DNA of 64,000 bases from Octopus vulgaris. Its lineage: Eukaryota. Below the pieces are notes generated by a model. The model searched no databases, was not told where the DNA came from, and saw only the letters and a list, made by a program, of their open reading frames with translations. The position numbers and the translations under genes are program-made. The stretch covers positions 68,820,001-68,884,000 of the forward strand of contig OX597814.1 of NCBI GenBank assembly GCA_951406725.2, in the 5' to 3' direction. This document shows, piece by piece, positions 1-17,704 of the stretch (position 1 is its first letter; each line of letters opens with the position of its first letter).

Positions 1-2
1 AA

Positions 3-815
3 GTTAATCCCATCGATCAGCAAGCTCTCCGATATAGAGGCGTAGTAATCCTCGATATCCAGTTGTAGGAATCGGGTGTTGCTTTTATCTGGTAAATCCC
101 GGAACCAAGTTATTGCCTCGGAGGTCCTATTCCAGAGTGGAAGGGGTGAAGCTTCACGCATTTTTGGTAAAATCCTGTCCAAGATCTTCTTGCTGATGGA
201 TCCGATGTCAGACTTGGTTGGGTTAATCAAACGGACCGACGGTTTATTTTCGAAATGGTCTTTGTGGTCTTTCAGGGTGAAGTGTGGGGACTTCACCCTC
301 AGGGGTTCTGTTCGGTCGTCGATTTTAAGGGAGGTGGCAATCTCTTTCCCGGCCAAGTTGGTTTCAGTTAGCGCTACGTCGTCTACTTTCTTGTATTTAG
401 CTGTGATGGCGTTATCGGCTAGTCTATTATAGGTATCCGGAGTCACCGCGTAAATATTTTTTGTCTTGTCCGAAGGGACATGGAGGTTCTGGGAGCTTTT
501 CATTTTCGAAAGCTTCGCATTCAGTTCCGCTTGGAAAGGTAAGTTGACTCTCCTGAATTTGATGTTTTTTATCATGAGGAAGAGGTCTTCTTCAAACGGT
601 TCAAGTAGGCTGTTGGTAGGAGGGGCCTTATTTGATTTGAAGCCGTACTTATCATTACTGGTAGATGCTACATCAGGGTTGTCGAAGAAGAAAGATCTCC
701 ATCGAATTCTTTTGATGAACTCATCAGTCCGTCTAATGAGGGCTTTTTGGTACTGTTTCCTTGGTGGGATAGTAATGTTCTTCAGGGAAGTGTCGAGGTC
801 GATTCTTGTCAGCAT
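3..815 (-). CDS. Penelope-like retroelement ORF (Nematis-like), N-terminal region and start of RT; runs off the left window edge
   Basis: Manual translation from the ATG at 815 is open to the edge: MLTRIDLDTSLKNITIPPRKQYQKALIRRTDEFIKRIRW...SDKTKNIY...FTLKDHKDHFENKPSVRLINPTKSDIG...RFLQLDIEDYYASIS (RT motif A). Absent from the ORF track because it has no stop in the window. Confidence 0.85.
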   Translation of the reverse strand, partial: MLTRIDLDTSLKNITIPPRKQYQKALIRRTDEFIKRIRWRSFFFDNPDVASTSNDKYGFKSNKAPPTNSLLEPFEEDLFLMIKNIKFRRVNLPFQAELNAKLSKMKSSQNLHVPSDKTKNIYAVTPDTYNRLADNAITAKYKKVDDVALTETNLAGKEIATSLKIDDRTEPLRVKSPHFTLKDHKDHFENKPSVRLINPTKSDIGSISKKILDRILPKMREASPLPLWNRTSEAITWFRDLPDKSNTRFLQLDIEDYYASISESLLIDGIN

Positions 816-947
816 TTTTCTTGGTGATGGTTATAAGGGCACTAGGGTGTGCTAAGATATGTAGGTCCCGAGTTGATTCGGGGTTAACCACAGTAAGTAA
901 GGTACTCAATACATAGCAGAGTAAAATTAATTTATTATATAGAAGGA

Positions 948-996
948 GCTTCTACAGGACTAGTACTGTTTCATTCAAGAGAAATCTTCAGGAAGC
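948..996 (-). ncRNA. Type I hammerhead ribozyme, canonical core, upstream of the PLE ORF
   Basis: Minus strand reads GCTTC-CTGAAGA-t-TTC(tctt)GAA-t-GAAA-CAG(tactagtc)CTG-TA-GAAGC: helix I GCTTC/GAAGC, CUGANGA and GAAA boxes, GUA cleavage triplet. Confidence 0.8.
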
Positions 997-1770
997 TATT
1001 TAACAAGAATTGTATTAGCATTTATACATTTAGGCAGGTTTAAAGGAGTGGTGGTGGGGGACTTTTTGGGGGTAGGCATAGCGCAAAATATCATACTTGG
1101 GGGAGTGGTCAAGGAGTCAGTGGTAAGTTAGATGAAGGAATAGATAAATAAAAAAATAAAAAAATAAAAAAATATAAAAAAATAAAAAGTAAAAAATAAA
1201 AATAAAATAAAATAAAAATAATAAAATAAAATAAAAATAAAAAATAAAAAATATATATAAAAAAATATATATATATAAAATATATATATACAAAAATATA
1301 TATATAAAAAAAAGGGGGGATAGAGTTATAGGTAAATAAGGAGATTCTCACTTATACCTATACACACATGTATACGTATCTACACACACATACATACATA
1401 CACATATATATACACACACATATACACACACACATATATATACATACATATACATACCTACACATACACACATACATACATACAAATATACATATACATA
1501 TATATATATACAATCCAATACAGGCCCATTCCCTAATTTTAATTTTATTATCTTCATTTATTACTTTTGTTATCTTTGATCGCTAGGGCTAAGAATCCTG
1601 GCAATGGCTGCAGTCCATTTGTCTGTCTACTAGAAGGCAAGTACTCATTCCCGCACGCACACTCATTAGCACGTACATTCACCCATTCGTACACTCATAC
1701 ACATACACGTACGCACGCGTTATATTCATACATACAAACATCTACATACGTTCATATATACATATATATA

Positions 1771-1974
<204 letters not shown>

Positions 1975-1997
1975 ATTTATATATATATATATATATG

Positions 1998-2060
<63 letters not shown>

Positions 2061-2185
2061 TAGTAATGCAATACTAGAGTATTTTGCTAGTACATACGCG
2101 GTGAAGCTATACATTAGCGTCGTATTATTACGTTCGCTATTTCCAGTAAATATCGGTACTTCGTTGTGCCATATATTTACTTCCT

Positions 2186-2234
<49 letters not shown>

Positions 2235-2236
<2 letters not shown>

Positions 2237-3263
2237 TAGTTTCAGCTCAGAGCTGCGGGCATGCTGATGCACCGCCGTTTTATGCTACACTGTTATTACG
2301 ACGAACCTCGTCTAATATGTGGCACTTGGTGAAGAATGGAGTTTGATATAGCTACTCTCATTTGCACCTCTTGCCGTGAGGTAGGCTCATCTGGGACTCT
2401 TGACAGGAAGAAGTCCAGCTTTGATTTAAAAACCGCTACATCTACTTCGTGCAAGTTCCTCAGACTCTTTGGGAGAATATTAAAAAGCTGTGGGCCCTTG
2501 AAACCCAGGCTGTTACAGAAGCTGGTCCTGAAGCGTGATGGCATTGCTTGGATCTTTGGCACTATGCAGTGTCGTCCCGTTCTAGCATTGGTATAGTTTA
2601 CAATGCCAAAATTTGGCACAATTCCTTCCAGGATCTTCCAGACATATATTAATGCATACCTCTCCCGTCTTCTCTCCAGGGAGTAGAGTCTTAGCTGTTT
2701 CAACCTTTCCCAGTAGCTGAGCTGTTGCAAAGAGACGATCTTCTTTGCGAATCTTCTCTGCATTGCTTCAAGGTCCGCTGTTAATTTCACACTGGTGGGT
2801 GACCATAGCTGTGAGCCGGCTGAAGACGAATGTCCGCCAGAGGACCATCATAGTTTGCTTATCTCTGGTTCTGAATGTTCTTAGGATCCACCCAGCCAGT
2901 CGTCTGCACTTTGTCGCCATCCAGGTAACGTGCACTTGGAAAGATGTATCATCACTCATGACGATACCCAGGTCCCTCACAGACTTAGGCTCGCGATTGA
3001 AATTCCCTGTGGACGGTGTATCCTGTAAGTTTAATATTCAGTTTTGGATGCTGGTAGCGCAGGACCTGGAATTTTTCAGCATTAAACTGCATATTATTAT
3101 CCTCAGCCCATCTGTAGATTGAGTCCAACTTCTGCTGCAGATGTGCAAAATCGATGGGTTCTGTATTTTCTGCGAGACTTTCGTATCGTCTGCATAGCTT
3201 GCCAGAGTGGCTATCTGGGCATTTGAGGGACACCGCTCCCTATTTGTGTGTTCATAGAGGTGG

Positions 3264-3268
<5 letters not shown>
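2235..3268 (-). mobile_element. 5'-truncated CR1-like LINE (RT C-terminal half plus 3' tail), frameshifted
   Basis: ORF pieces contain YADDTK, WAEDNNMQFNAEKFQVL, RDLGIVMS, LYSLERRRERY and FKSKLDFFLSRVPDEP. Both ends abut (TA)n. Confidence 0.85.
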
Positions 3269-3298
<30 letters not shown>

Positions 3299-3314
3299 AT
3301 ATATATATATATTG

Positions 3315-3365
<51 letters not shown>

Positions 3366-3429
3366 TTTATATATATGTCTATATATATTTATATATATAT
3401 ATATCTATATATCTATATATTTATACATA

Positions 3430-3612
3430 TAAATATTTATATATAAAGGAAAAGTTTACGATAGTAAACAAAAGACGAAGGCAGGTGGTGTACAAACACA
3501 CAGATGTATTAGTATACCGCTCAGGAATAGAAAAAGTCTGTTACGTTTCGAGCCTACGCTCTTCTACAGAAAGATACACAGAAAAAAACAAGGAGAGAAA
3601 CAAGGAGAGAAA
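3430..3612 (-). mobile_element. Short non-coding HHR-like repeat (family also at 19625-19810, 39070-39250, 46690-46870)
   Basis: Minus strand TCTTT-CTGTAGA-A-GAGC(gtag)GCTC-GAAAC-GTA, followed by the shared CCTGAGCG motif; flanked by (TA)n. Confidence 0.6.
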
Positions 3613-3630
3613 AATATATATATCTATATA

Positions 3631-3875
<245 letters not shown>

Positions 3876-3892
3876 ATATATATAATAATAAA

Positions 3893-4184
3893 TATTAGGG
3901 AATGAATCCAAAATTACAGGGAAAAATCAGATTTAGGGTTAAATCCAATTTTATAGTAAAGTATTATATAATATAATTCGAGACAAAACCACTATTTTAA
4001 AACCAAACAAGGAAAGACTTAATCAATACATAAAATTTTAATATAAATTAAATAAATAAATAAATTAATTAAATAAATTAAATAAATAAAATAAAATTAT
4101 TTAATTTATATTAAAATTTTATGCATTGATTAAGTCTTTCCTTGTTTGGTTTTAAAATAGTGGTTTTGTCTCCAATTATATTAT

Positions 4185-4190
<6 letters not shown>
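3893..4190. repeat. Inverted pair of a PLE terminal-repeat fragment
   Basis: GAGACAAAACCACTATTTTAAAACCAAACAAGGAAAGACTTAATCAAT (~3980-4027) is inverted at ~4125-4172. Related sequence occurs at 19855 and 21985, at the ends of the PLE at 19850-22030. Confidence 0.65.
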
Positions 4191-4230
<40 letters not shown>

Positions 4231-4730
4231 ACTAAAAATGAGGGTGTCTGAGAGACACCACCATGCCGAAATAGCAGTCAAATCCCTGACGCTAAAACTG
4301 GCCTTATACGTAAGTGCATATATATGTATGTATGGACGTTCGTATATGTAAGTATAACGTTTGTTCTGCATATATATATTTGTATTTATGTGCTTTTGAT
4401 ATATTCAACCGATGACGGCAAAGCTTATTTAAAGCAAAACTAGAAATCAAAGATCTTGAATAATTCAGTAATATTTTTTGCTAGTCTATTTTGTCCCTCT
4501 GTCTTGTCTCATGGTGCGATATGAACATTTAACGTGGTTTTTAGAGTCGGGGATTTGACTCCTATTTCGGCATGGTGGTGTCTCTCAGACACCCTTATTT
4601 TTAGTTGTAAAAAATTTTTACCTTTGAATGGTATTTTTCCCATGCTGGCCACTTGATAATATCGATATTTAAATATCGATATTATCGTTATTTATAAATA
4701 TATATATTTATATATATATACCTATATTTA

Positions 4731-4782
<52 letters not shown>

Positions 4783-4786
<4 letters not shown>

Positions 4787-6981
4787 CAATTAAGATTCAA
4801 GTAAATTCCAATGAATTTACTTGAATGTGGTACTTAACTTACATGCACCAGAAAAACTATATGGTGTTAACCATACAGTAATGTGGGGTGATTATAAACG
4901 AGAAAGAAGCAACAAGAATGGATTAGTTTTTAGTACAATTGTTTCATACAAAGACAGGCTTTATTACAAGTTGCAAAAATTGCAGCAGATAAAAGTGTCC
5001 CGTACTCATCAGCTAAAATACATATGAGTTCTCCAAACATCTTAGTGGGTGAGGTTATACTCATGAAATATTGGAGATAATTTCATTGAAGGCAGATATA
5101 GGTTGCAAACAGATTTCCAAAGTTCCTTAATGATGATGCACAGTCTCATCACACATTCTTAAAAGCTTATTAGTTTCAAAGAGAAGATGAATTAATCCGT
5201 AGTGTAGATTTAAATTTCCAGAGATATGAGGAGGATGATGCCCAGACTTATCACAGGTTTTTAAAAGCTTATTAGCTTCACAGAAAAGGTGAATTAATCC
5301 GTAGTGAAGATTTAAATTTCCAGCGATATGAGGAGGAATTTCATACTCACAGACGATGAATTTAACCATTGTTAATCCACAATCATTTCATGCTATATGA
5401 TAAGGTATTTGCCACATTACTGCTCTCCATGCAAAACTGCTATATGTTAAGATTTCTAAAAGCTGAAGGAATTTATTTTGTGGAGCAAAGAAAATAAAAG
5501 AAAAAGGAAAGAGACAAGGAAAAAAAAAAGAAAAAGGAGAAGAAGAAGAAAGAAGGAAAAGAAAAAGAAGAAAAAAGAAAAAAAAAAGAGAAACGGGGGA
5601 GAAGAAAAGAAAAAGAAAAAGGAAAAGAAAAAGAAAAAAGGGGAAGAAGGGAGAAAAGAAAAAGCGCCTATATAGAGTATACTGTGACAACTTAGAGGGA
5701 GGGGGTTCTAAAGTGACCAATTACAGAAGAATTTGTAGACAACTTAGTTAGCTTGAATCTGTAAGAATCCAGGAACTATGAGGAGAAAATTATTTTTGAC
5801 CAGTAAACAGCTATTTACTATCAACCTGACGTAGATGAAAGCAGATATGAATCTAAAGAGAATTTAAAGAGATAAACAAGGTCAGGGGTAGAGGGGTCAA
5901 AAGCTATCGTCAAAAGGAAATACATTAAGAGAAAAGATCTAAGTGCAACCCTAACCAGAGGTCATTTAAATTTATTTATTTATTTATTTATTCCTGTTAC
6001 TGTCTTAAAATTGTTGCCGTTATTATCAATACATTAACAGACTACCGGTCAAAACTTAGAAATTAATTTACAAGGTGTGATGGAATTGTCTATTATATTG
6101 AAGTTACTACTAGGTTAGTTACCTCTGCCGAATCACTGGAACCCATGGGTATATCAAAATAATTAGGTGTATCTGCTCTAGTCCATAACTTATCTTCAAA
6201 TTCTATAAATGTTTTCCTAGCTAGTAGCACAATATTGATTTCCTCTCTAGATATGAGGGAGCGATTCATAGCAAAAATTAGTGATTTGTTTAGCAAGATA
6301 GGGGAAATACTAGAGTAATAACTATTTATATCGAACTGAATAAAGGACAGACTACTAGTATTATTTAGAGAGTTAAACCATTTTAGAACTTCATCTGTAT
6401 TTAGCCATAGGCTTAAGGGAAGAAAGGGGGTTATTTGGGGTAGAACAGTATCCAGGATATATATGATATATATGTATATATCATATAGCATGAAATGATT
6501 GTGGATTAACAATGGTTAAATTCATCGTCTGTGAGTATGAAATTCCTCCTCATATCGCTGGAAATTTAAATCTTCACTACGGATTAATTCACCTTTTCTG
6601 TGAAGCTAATAAGCTTTTAAAAACCTGTGATAAGTCTGGGCATCATCCTCCTCATATCTCTGGAAATTTAAATCTACACTACGGATTAATTCATCTTCTC
6701 TTTGAAACTAATAAGCTTTTAAGAATGTGTGATGAGACTGTGCATCATCATTAAGGAACTTTGGAAATCTGTTTGCAACCTATATCTGCCTTTAATGAAA
6801 TTATCTCCAATATTTCATGAGTATAACCTCACCCACTAAGATGTTTGGAGAACTCATATGTATTTTAGCTGATGAGTACGGGACAATTTTATCTGCTGCA
6901 ATTTTTGCAACTTGTAATAAAGCCTGTCTTTGTATGAAACAATTGTACTAAAAACTAATCCATTCTTGTTGCTTCTTTCTC

Positions 6982-6983
<2 letters not shown>
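4783..6983 (-). mobile_element. Nematis-like PLE remnant: RT fragment, 3' pLTR and ~500-bp inverted pLTR copy at the 5' end
   Basis: RT fragment 6093-6455 (FIQFDINSYYSSIS...YFDIPMGSSDSAEV). 4899-5402 is a near-identical inverted copy of 6479-6983 (the same 80-aa spurious ORF appears on both strands). (TA)n flanks both sides. Confidence 0.8.
6863..6953 (+). ncRNA. Type I hammerhead ribozyme with elongated helix II (inverted copy at 4928-5018)
   Basis: TTTTAG-CTGATGA-GTACGGGACA...TGCAA(ttt)TTGCA...TGTCTTTGTAT-GAAA-CAATTG-TA-CTAAAA; palindromic minimal helix III. Confidence 0.75.
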
Positions 6984-7052
<69 letters not shown>

Positions 7053-7342
7053 AATATATGTATATATATAAATATAAATATATATATATGTATATATATA
7101 TAAATATATGTATATATATATATATATATATATTAGAAAAATTGAGGTAATCAGATCAGATGGTTCATATTTGTAGATATTTATTTATATATTACATTTT
7201 TTACATATATATCATATCATTCGGATTAGCGCTTGCTCCCATTCTAGTGGGTTTTCAAATCAAATCAGTTGTGGGTAGTTTGAACCTTTTTATAGTTTCG
7301 TAGTAGTGGGTGAGGAGGAAGTGAGACAGAGAGAAAATATGT

Positions 7343-7426
<84 letters not shown>

Positions 7427-8187
7427 ATTTATATCTGAGAGTGAAGAAGTGTTATTTCCGTTGGTCTGCTGGACCCCCTGTGGTTTTATAAGAACTTTGG
7501 CTGTCCATTTCAATGTCACTGAGTGTGTGTTGTGCATAGGTTGGCCTGGCAAATGTCATTTGGGGTCACACTTTCTATGATCATTCTGTGGAGGTGTGTG
7601 TGTGTGTGTGTCTCTGTGTGTCTGTGTGTGTTTTTGTGTGCGTGTGTGTGTGTGTGTGTGTGTATGTGTGTGTGTGTGTCTGTGTGTTTGGAGAAGGGGA
7701 GAGAGACAAAAAGAGAAAAGGGAAAATAAAAATAATAATAATAAAAATTAAAAATTAAAAAATTAAAAAAATAAAATAAAATAAAAACAAAAAATTAAAA
7801 ATAAAATAAAAAAATATAAAGAATAAATAAAAATATAAAGAATAAAAAATAAAAAAATAAAAATAAAAATAAAAATAAAAATAAGGGAGGAAGTGGAGAA
7901 GAAAAAATATTTTTGTGTGTTGATATTTATACCAACACATATATATACACACACACAGACTTATACATAAAATATTTGAAAAAACCTTTTTATCGGTTCA
8001 AAATGAACAACCAAATTATACCATCTTGAAAGTTGTATGTCATAGGAAAGTTAAAATTAAAGTGACAATTAAAGGGTAAAGATGGAAGTGAATTATAAAG
8101 ATAATAATATAATATGATGTATATAACAGGCAATACACACATCTACACACACACAGATTTTTCCTTCAATGTATGTTGAGTAAAGTT

Positions 8188-9596
8188 TCAGCCATTTAAT
8201 TTGGGGGAGAACTTAGCTATGAAATGTTTTTCCATATTCCTCCTGAAGGGGGTGTCATTCTTCGGACACTTGTAGAAGGGAAATATCTTAAATTTTCCTT
8301 CTCCACATGTAGCTAGGTGTGTGCTTAGTGGTATTTTGCGTAGTTCTTCCTGCCGAATATGTTGTCGGTGGATCCTGGCTCGCTGGCACAAAGAATTACC
8401 AGTTTCTCCTACGTAATTCTCCTTGCATGTGGGGCAGGTTATGCAGTATATGACGTTCTGCGTCTTGCAGTTCATATCTGCATTTACTTTGAATATGACA
8501 CCATTTTTAAATCTTATCTCTCTGTTGCTCTCTATGTATTTGTAGGTGGGGTTGCTGCAGGTCCCACATCTACCATCTCCGCACTCTTTTGCAAAGAATT
8601 CCGTTTTAGTTTCTGAAGAGAATTTCGCTCTTGTTAGGTGTTTTTTTAGGTTTTTGTCCTGTCGTCTACTGTTTTTTATGCTATATTTGTTTAATATGTT
8701 TTTCATTTTGGGGCTCTGTAAGGCTATTGGTAGGTTTGAATGTATGGTTTGGAAGATGTTGGTAACTCCAGGGTTGTGTGTGTTTATAAAAGGGATAGTG
8801 TTTTCTTTGTTTTTTGTTTTGGGTGTCCTGAGTTGTGTGATGTCTAGTTTTAATGCTCTTGTGATTCCATTTTCTATTAGTTTAAGGGGGTATTTTTGCT
8901 CTAGGAGGAAGCTTTTGAGTTCATCTAGTCTTATTAATCGTATTTGTGAATCAGTTACTATGCTACATATTCGTCGTGCCATACTATATGGGATGTTTCT
9001 TTTTGTGTGGGATGGGTGGCAGGAGTGGAAATTTAAGTATTGATGTGTGTCAGTTTTTTTGTAGTGGATGTCTGTTGTGACGATGGAGTTGTGTATTTTG
9101 ATGTTGATGTCTAGGAAGGGAAGTTCGTTGTGGCTGGTATCTATTGTGAAATTGATAGATGGGTGCAGCGTATTGAGGATGTTGTGGAATGTTTGTAGGT
9201 CCTCTTCTGATCTGTTCCAAAAGATGAAACAGTCATCGAGGTAGCGTTTCCACTTTTTCTTGATGTCTTCTCTGAAGTCGTGTTCGAAGACTTTCCCTAT
9301 TTCGTCATATAGTTTTTTCTCCAGGAAGCCCATCACTAGGTTGGCATATGAAGGTGCGAATTTTGTACCCATAGCCGTGCCTTTTATCTGTCGGTATGTC
9401 TTGTTGTTGAATGAGAATGTGTTTTCTTCTAGTATTAGTTGGGTGGCTTGGGTGATAAAGTTTGTCTTGAAGCGTTCATCTATAAGTTCTCTGTATTTTT
9501 CTATTGATTGTTTTATAGCTTCTAGACCTAGGGTGTGTGGTATGTTTGTGTATAGATTTGTGACATCAAAGCTTGCAAGTATGGTGTTTTTCGGGA

Positions 9597-9600
<4 letters not shown>
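8188..9600 (-). CDS. Neptune-like PLE ORF (RT plus GIY-YIG endonuclease), 5'-truncated at a (TA)n tract
   Basis: Uninterrupted 470-aa ORF: [37 protein letters not shown], Cys linker [27 protein letters not shown]...R...E. The apparent ATG is formed at the microsatellite junction. Confidence 0.92.
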
Positions 9601-9661
<61 letters not shown>

Positions 9662-9663
9662 TT

Positions 9664-9722
<59 letters not shown>

Positions 9723-9827
9723 ATACATATATATATATATGTATGTATATATGTATATATATAATATATATGTATGTATGTATATGTATAATATATATAT
9801 ATATGTATGTATGTATGTATATATATA

Positions 9828-9859
<32 letters not shown>

Positions 9860-10041
9860 ATATATAATATATATATACATATATATGTGTGTGTGTATGT
9901 ATGTATATATATATGTAATATATATATATATGTATGTATGTATATATATAATATATATATACATATATATGTGTGTGTGTGTATGTATGTATATATATAT
10001 AATATATATATATATGTATGTATGTATGTATGTATATATAT

Positions 10042-10195
10042 AATGTGAGGGACTTGGGTATCGACATGAGTGATGATACCTCTTTCCAAGTGCACGTTAC
10101 CTGGATGGCGACAAAGTGCAGACGACTGGCTGGGTGGATCCTAAGAACATTTAGAACCAGAGATAAGCAAACTATGATGGTCCTCTGGCGGACAT

Positions 10196-10196
<1 letters not shown>
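10042..10196 (+). mobile_element. Small internal fragment of the CR1-like LINE family seen at 2235-3268
   Basis: [50 protein letters not shown] is nearly identical to ORF 2768-2980. Confidence 0.85.
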
Positions 10197-11983
<1,787 letters not shown>

Positions 11984-12090
11984 GTATATATTTATATATA
12001 TGTATATATTTATATATATGTATATATTTATATATGTATATATATATATGTATATATTTATATATATGTATATATTTATATATATGTATA

Positions 12091-12175
<85 letters not shown>

Positions 12176-12263
12176 ATTTATATGTATATATATATTTATA
12201 TGTATATATATATTTATATATATATATATATATTTATATGTATATATATATTTATATATATAT

Positions 12264-12324
<61 letters not shown>

Positions 12325-12642
12325 ACAGAAAAGAGGAATTTCGATTATCCCCACGTAGTGGGTTGCAATGTATATAAGAAATTAAAAAAGGAAAATACGC
12401 TCACTTAGATAGTTTTAATATAATTTTTAATATATCGACCGGTTTCCTTATCGCTATTCATGATATTATGTTTTACTTATTGGAATATATATTTTTTCTT
12501 TAGAAGAAATTTCGTGTGATGAGATTCACGAGTGAATGACTTCACAAGTAGATAAATAAAGGGAGGTAATTGGTTGTTATTATTATTATTGTTGTGTGTA
12601 AGGGAGATAACTTTTCGGCTTTCGGTAATATATATATATATA

Positions 12643-13100
12643 CAGGGTGGGGAAGCAAAATTTACAATGAACATTAAGTTGTTTCTTCTCGCCAGGCACT
12701 AAGTCAGTTGTTTTGAAACCTAGCATATATTGATGTCATACTCATACCTAACACTAATATCGTTACCTTTTCAGAAACTTTTGCCCATATGAGTAATCAG
12801 GAATGCAAATGTCAAAGAGTGTGTGATTTGCTGTATGCACTCGTCACACCAAAGGAGATTTCAAGAATAGTTGGAGAGTCCATAAAGACTGTTTATAATG
12901 TAAAGAATAGAATGACTATCAGCAAAACTATTATGAGGAGGTCCGGAATGGAAGAATCAACAAAAACGTACCAAAGCTTTTATTAAAGTTCTCAAATCCA
13001 AAATCCTAAAGGATCCAAACAAATCTAAGAGAAAAATGGCAATTGAACTTGAGGTAGTCAACAAGACCATTAGAAATGCAGTAAAATATGATTTACAATG
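12643..13100 (+). mobile_element. Tc1/mariner 5' remnant
   Basis: TA|CAGGGTGGGGAAGC terminus; HTH-like ORF remnant (TPKEISRIVGESIKTVYNVK). Confidence 0.6.
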
Positions 13101-13117
13101 TTCATAAAGTTCAATTT

Positions 13118-15095
13118 TGCAATGTTCATAAAGTTCAATTAGTGCTTTTATACGTTCGTAGTAATCATCAGATTTCAAAATGTATTAACTGACAGTTGAG
13201 TTGAATGCTTGACAACTACAATGAAATGACTAACTTCTTTTTATACCTTTTAGAAGGCTACATAAGGCTGATTTTTTCGAATACGGTTTTGACCAATCAG
13301 CATGCAACTTAAACGTCACGGTTTGACGGGTGCACCAATATTACTGGTATAGATCCCGCCTTTATTATAACCAATTAGCTTACGGTTTACATGTAATGGT
13401 TTTATGAGTGAGCAAAGTTAATTGGTTTCGATCGTTTTCATTTCAATCAGTGGAGTCTTCTGTTATTTGTTTATATCATGTGTTAAAGATATATTTTAAT
13501 CCTTATGATTAACTGGTTCCTATATTATTGTTGTCATTTCCGTTAAGAACAGATTTGAACATTTTAATAAAACGTTTTTCTTTTATCTTTCTTCCAACCT
13601 CACTTGTGTCATGTAGTTTGTGGAACGGGAAAATTTTTTAAAATTTTCTGACCACATGTTTGTATATGTTCGCTCAATGGAATTTGGCGAACATTAGTGG
13701 TCCGGATTTGTTGTCTATGATCTCGTGAGCGTTCCGATAATGCATTCCCTGCCTTGCCAATATATAGTTCCTCGCAATTAGGGCGTTTAATGCAGTAGAT
13801 CAAATTTCTGCTTTTGCAGTTCATATCTGCATTTGCGAAAATTCGTCTATTTTTTGTTCTAATGGATCTACCAGTAGGCATGTATTGACACGTTCCACAG
13901 CTTTTATCATTACACTTGGATACAGTGAATGGTTTAATCTGTTTGTTCATGTTGAATTTTGCATTTGTTAATAGTTTCTGTAGGTTATGTGGTTACTTTT
14001 ATCTTAAGATGTTTGATTAGTTATGTTTTTTTAAATTTTTCGCTTTGTTTCATGATTGGCGAATTTGTTTTGATGATGTTAAAAAAATGTTAGTGATGCG
14101 GATTGTGTATTACTAGAAATGGCATTGAGTTCTGTTGATGGGTTCGTATTTTTCGTGTTGCTCTAAGTTGTTCTAGAGGTATTTCTTTTGTTTATTGGGT
14201 GCTATTTTCTATAAGTAGGAGAAGGTATTTTTGCTTGAGCTGAAATCCTTTGAGTTCTATGTCGTATGTTCCTGGTATTTGGATAATCAATAGATTATAG
14301 TACAATAGATTATCGTACAAACTTTTCTAGCTGGACAGTACGGGATGTTGCGTTTTATGTGTGCTGGAGGGCATGATTTGAAATTTAGGTTCTGGTGTGT
14401 CTGTGCTTTTATGATAAATATCCGTTGTGATTGTGGTATCGTTTGTAATTACCATTATGTCAAGAAATAGTAATTGTATGTGGCTCATTTCTCTAGTAAA
14501 TTTGAGGTGAGGCTGTACATTGTTGAAGAGGGTGCTGAATTCTTCTAGATTTTCTAGGAATTTGGTCCAAATTAGGAAACAATCATCGAGATATCTTCTC
14601 CATGTGTCCTCTATATGTCTTCTAAATGTTATGCCATAGTTTTCTTCAGTGTTTTTTTATATAGGATTTGTTCCAAGTATTCCAATACTGAATTCGCGGA
14701 AACTGGAGCAAATACCGTCCCCATAACTCTGCTTTGAATTTGGAGGTAGTTTTTTCGGTTGAAAAGGAATTATGAAGCTGACAGTGTCTAGTATGAATTT
14801 ACTGGAGATCACTTTAAGCTGCATGCTGACCGGTCAAAGTCGTATTCGAAAAATTCAGCTTATCGGAGCTTTCTGAAAGGTATAAAAAGGAAGAAGTCGG
14901 TCATTTTACTACAGTTGTCAAGCAATCAGCTCAACTGTCAGTTAATACATTTTGAAATCCTATGATAACTACGAACGTATGGAAGCGCTAACTGAACATG
15001 TCCAAATATTTTTTTTAATATTTAACACACTTCAACATTGTAAAAATGTTATTTTAAATACAATAATAATAAGCATGAAAACCAGACCATTTTTA
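13118..15095 (-). mobile_element. Degraded Neptune-like PLE with inverted terminal repeats
   Basis: GIY-YIG ORF 13609-13950 (KCNDKSCGTC...LIYCIKRPNCEELYIGK); RT RYLDD remnant at ~14585. ~13130-13312 is inverted at ~14812-15000. Confidence 0.8.
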
Positions 15096-17640
<2,545 letters not shown>

Positions 17641-17671
17641 GTGTATATATATATATATGTATATATATATG

Positions 17672-17704
<33 letters not shown>

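Noticed and set aside
76-855. Plus-strand ORFs 76-432 and 466-855
   Set aside because: Antisense shadows of the minus-strand PLE ORF.
5127-6754. Identical 80-aa ORF on both strands (MVKFIVCEYEIPPH...)
   Set aside because: By-product of the inverted pLTR duplication plus an internal ~70-bp repeat; no recognisable protein motif.
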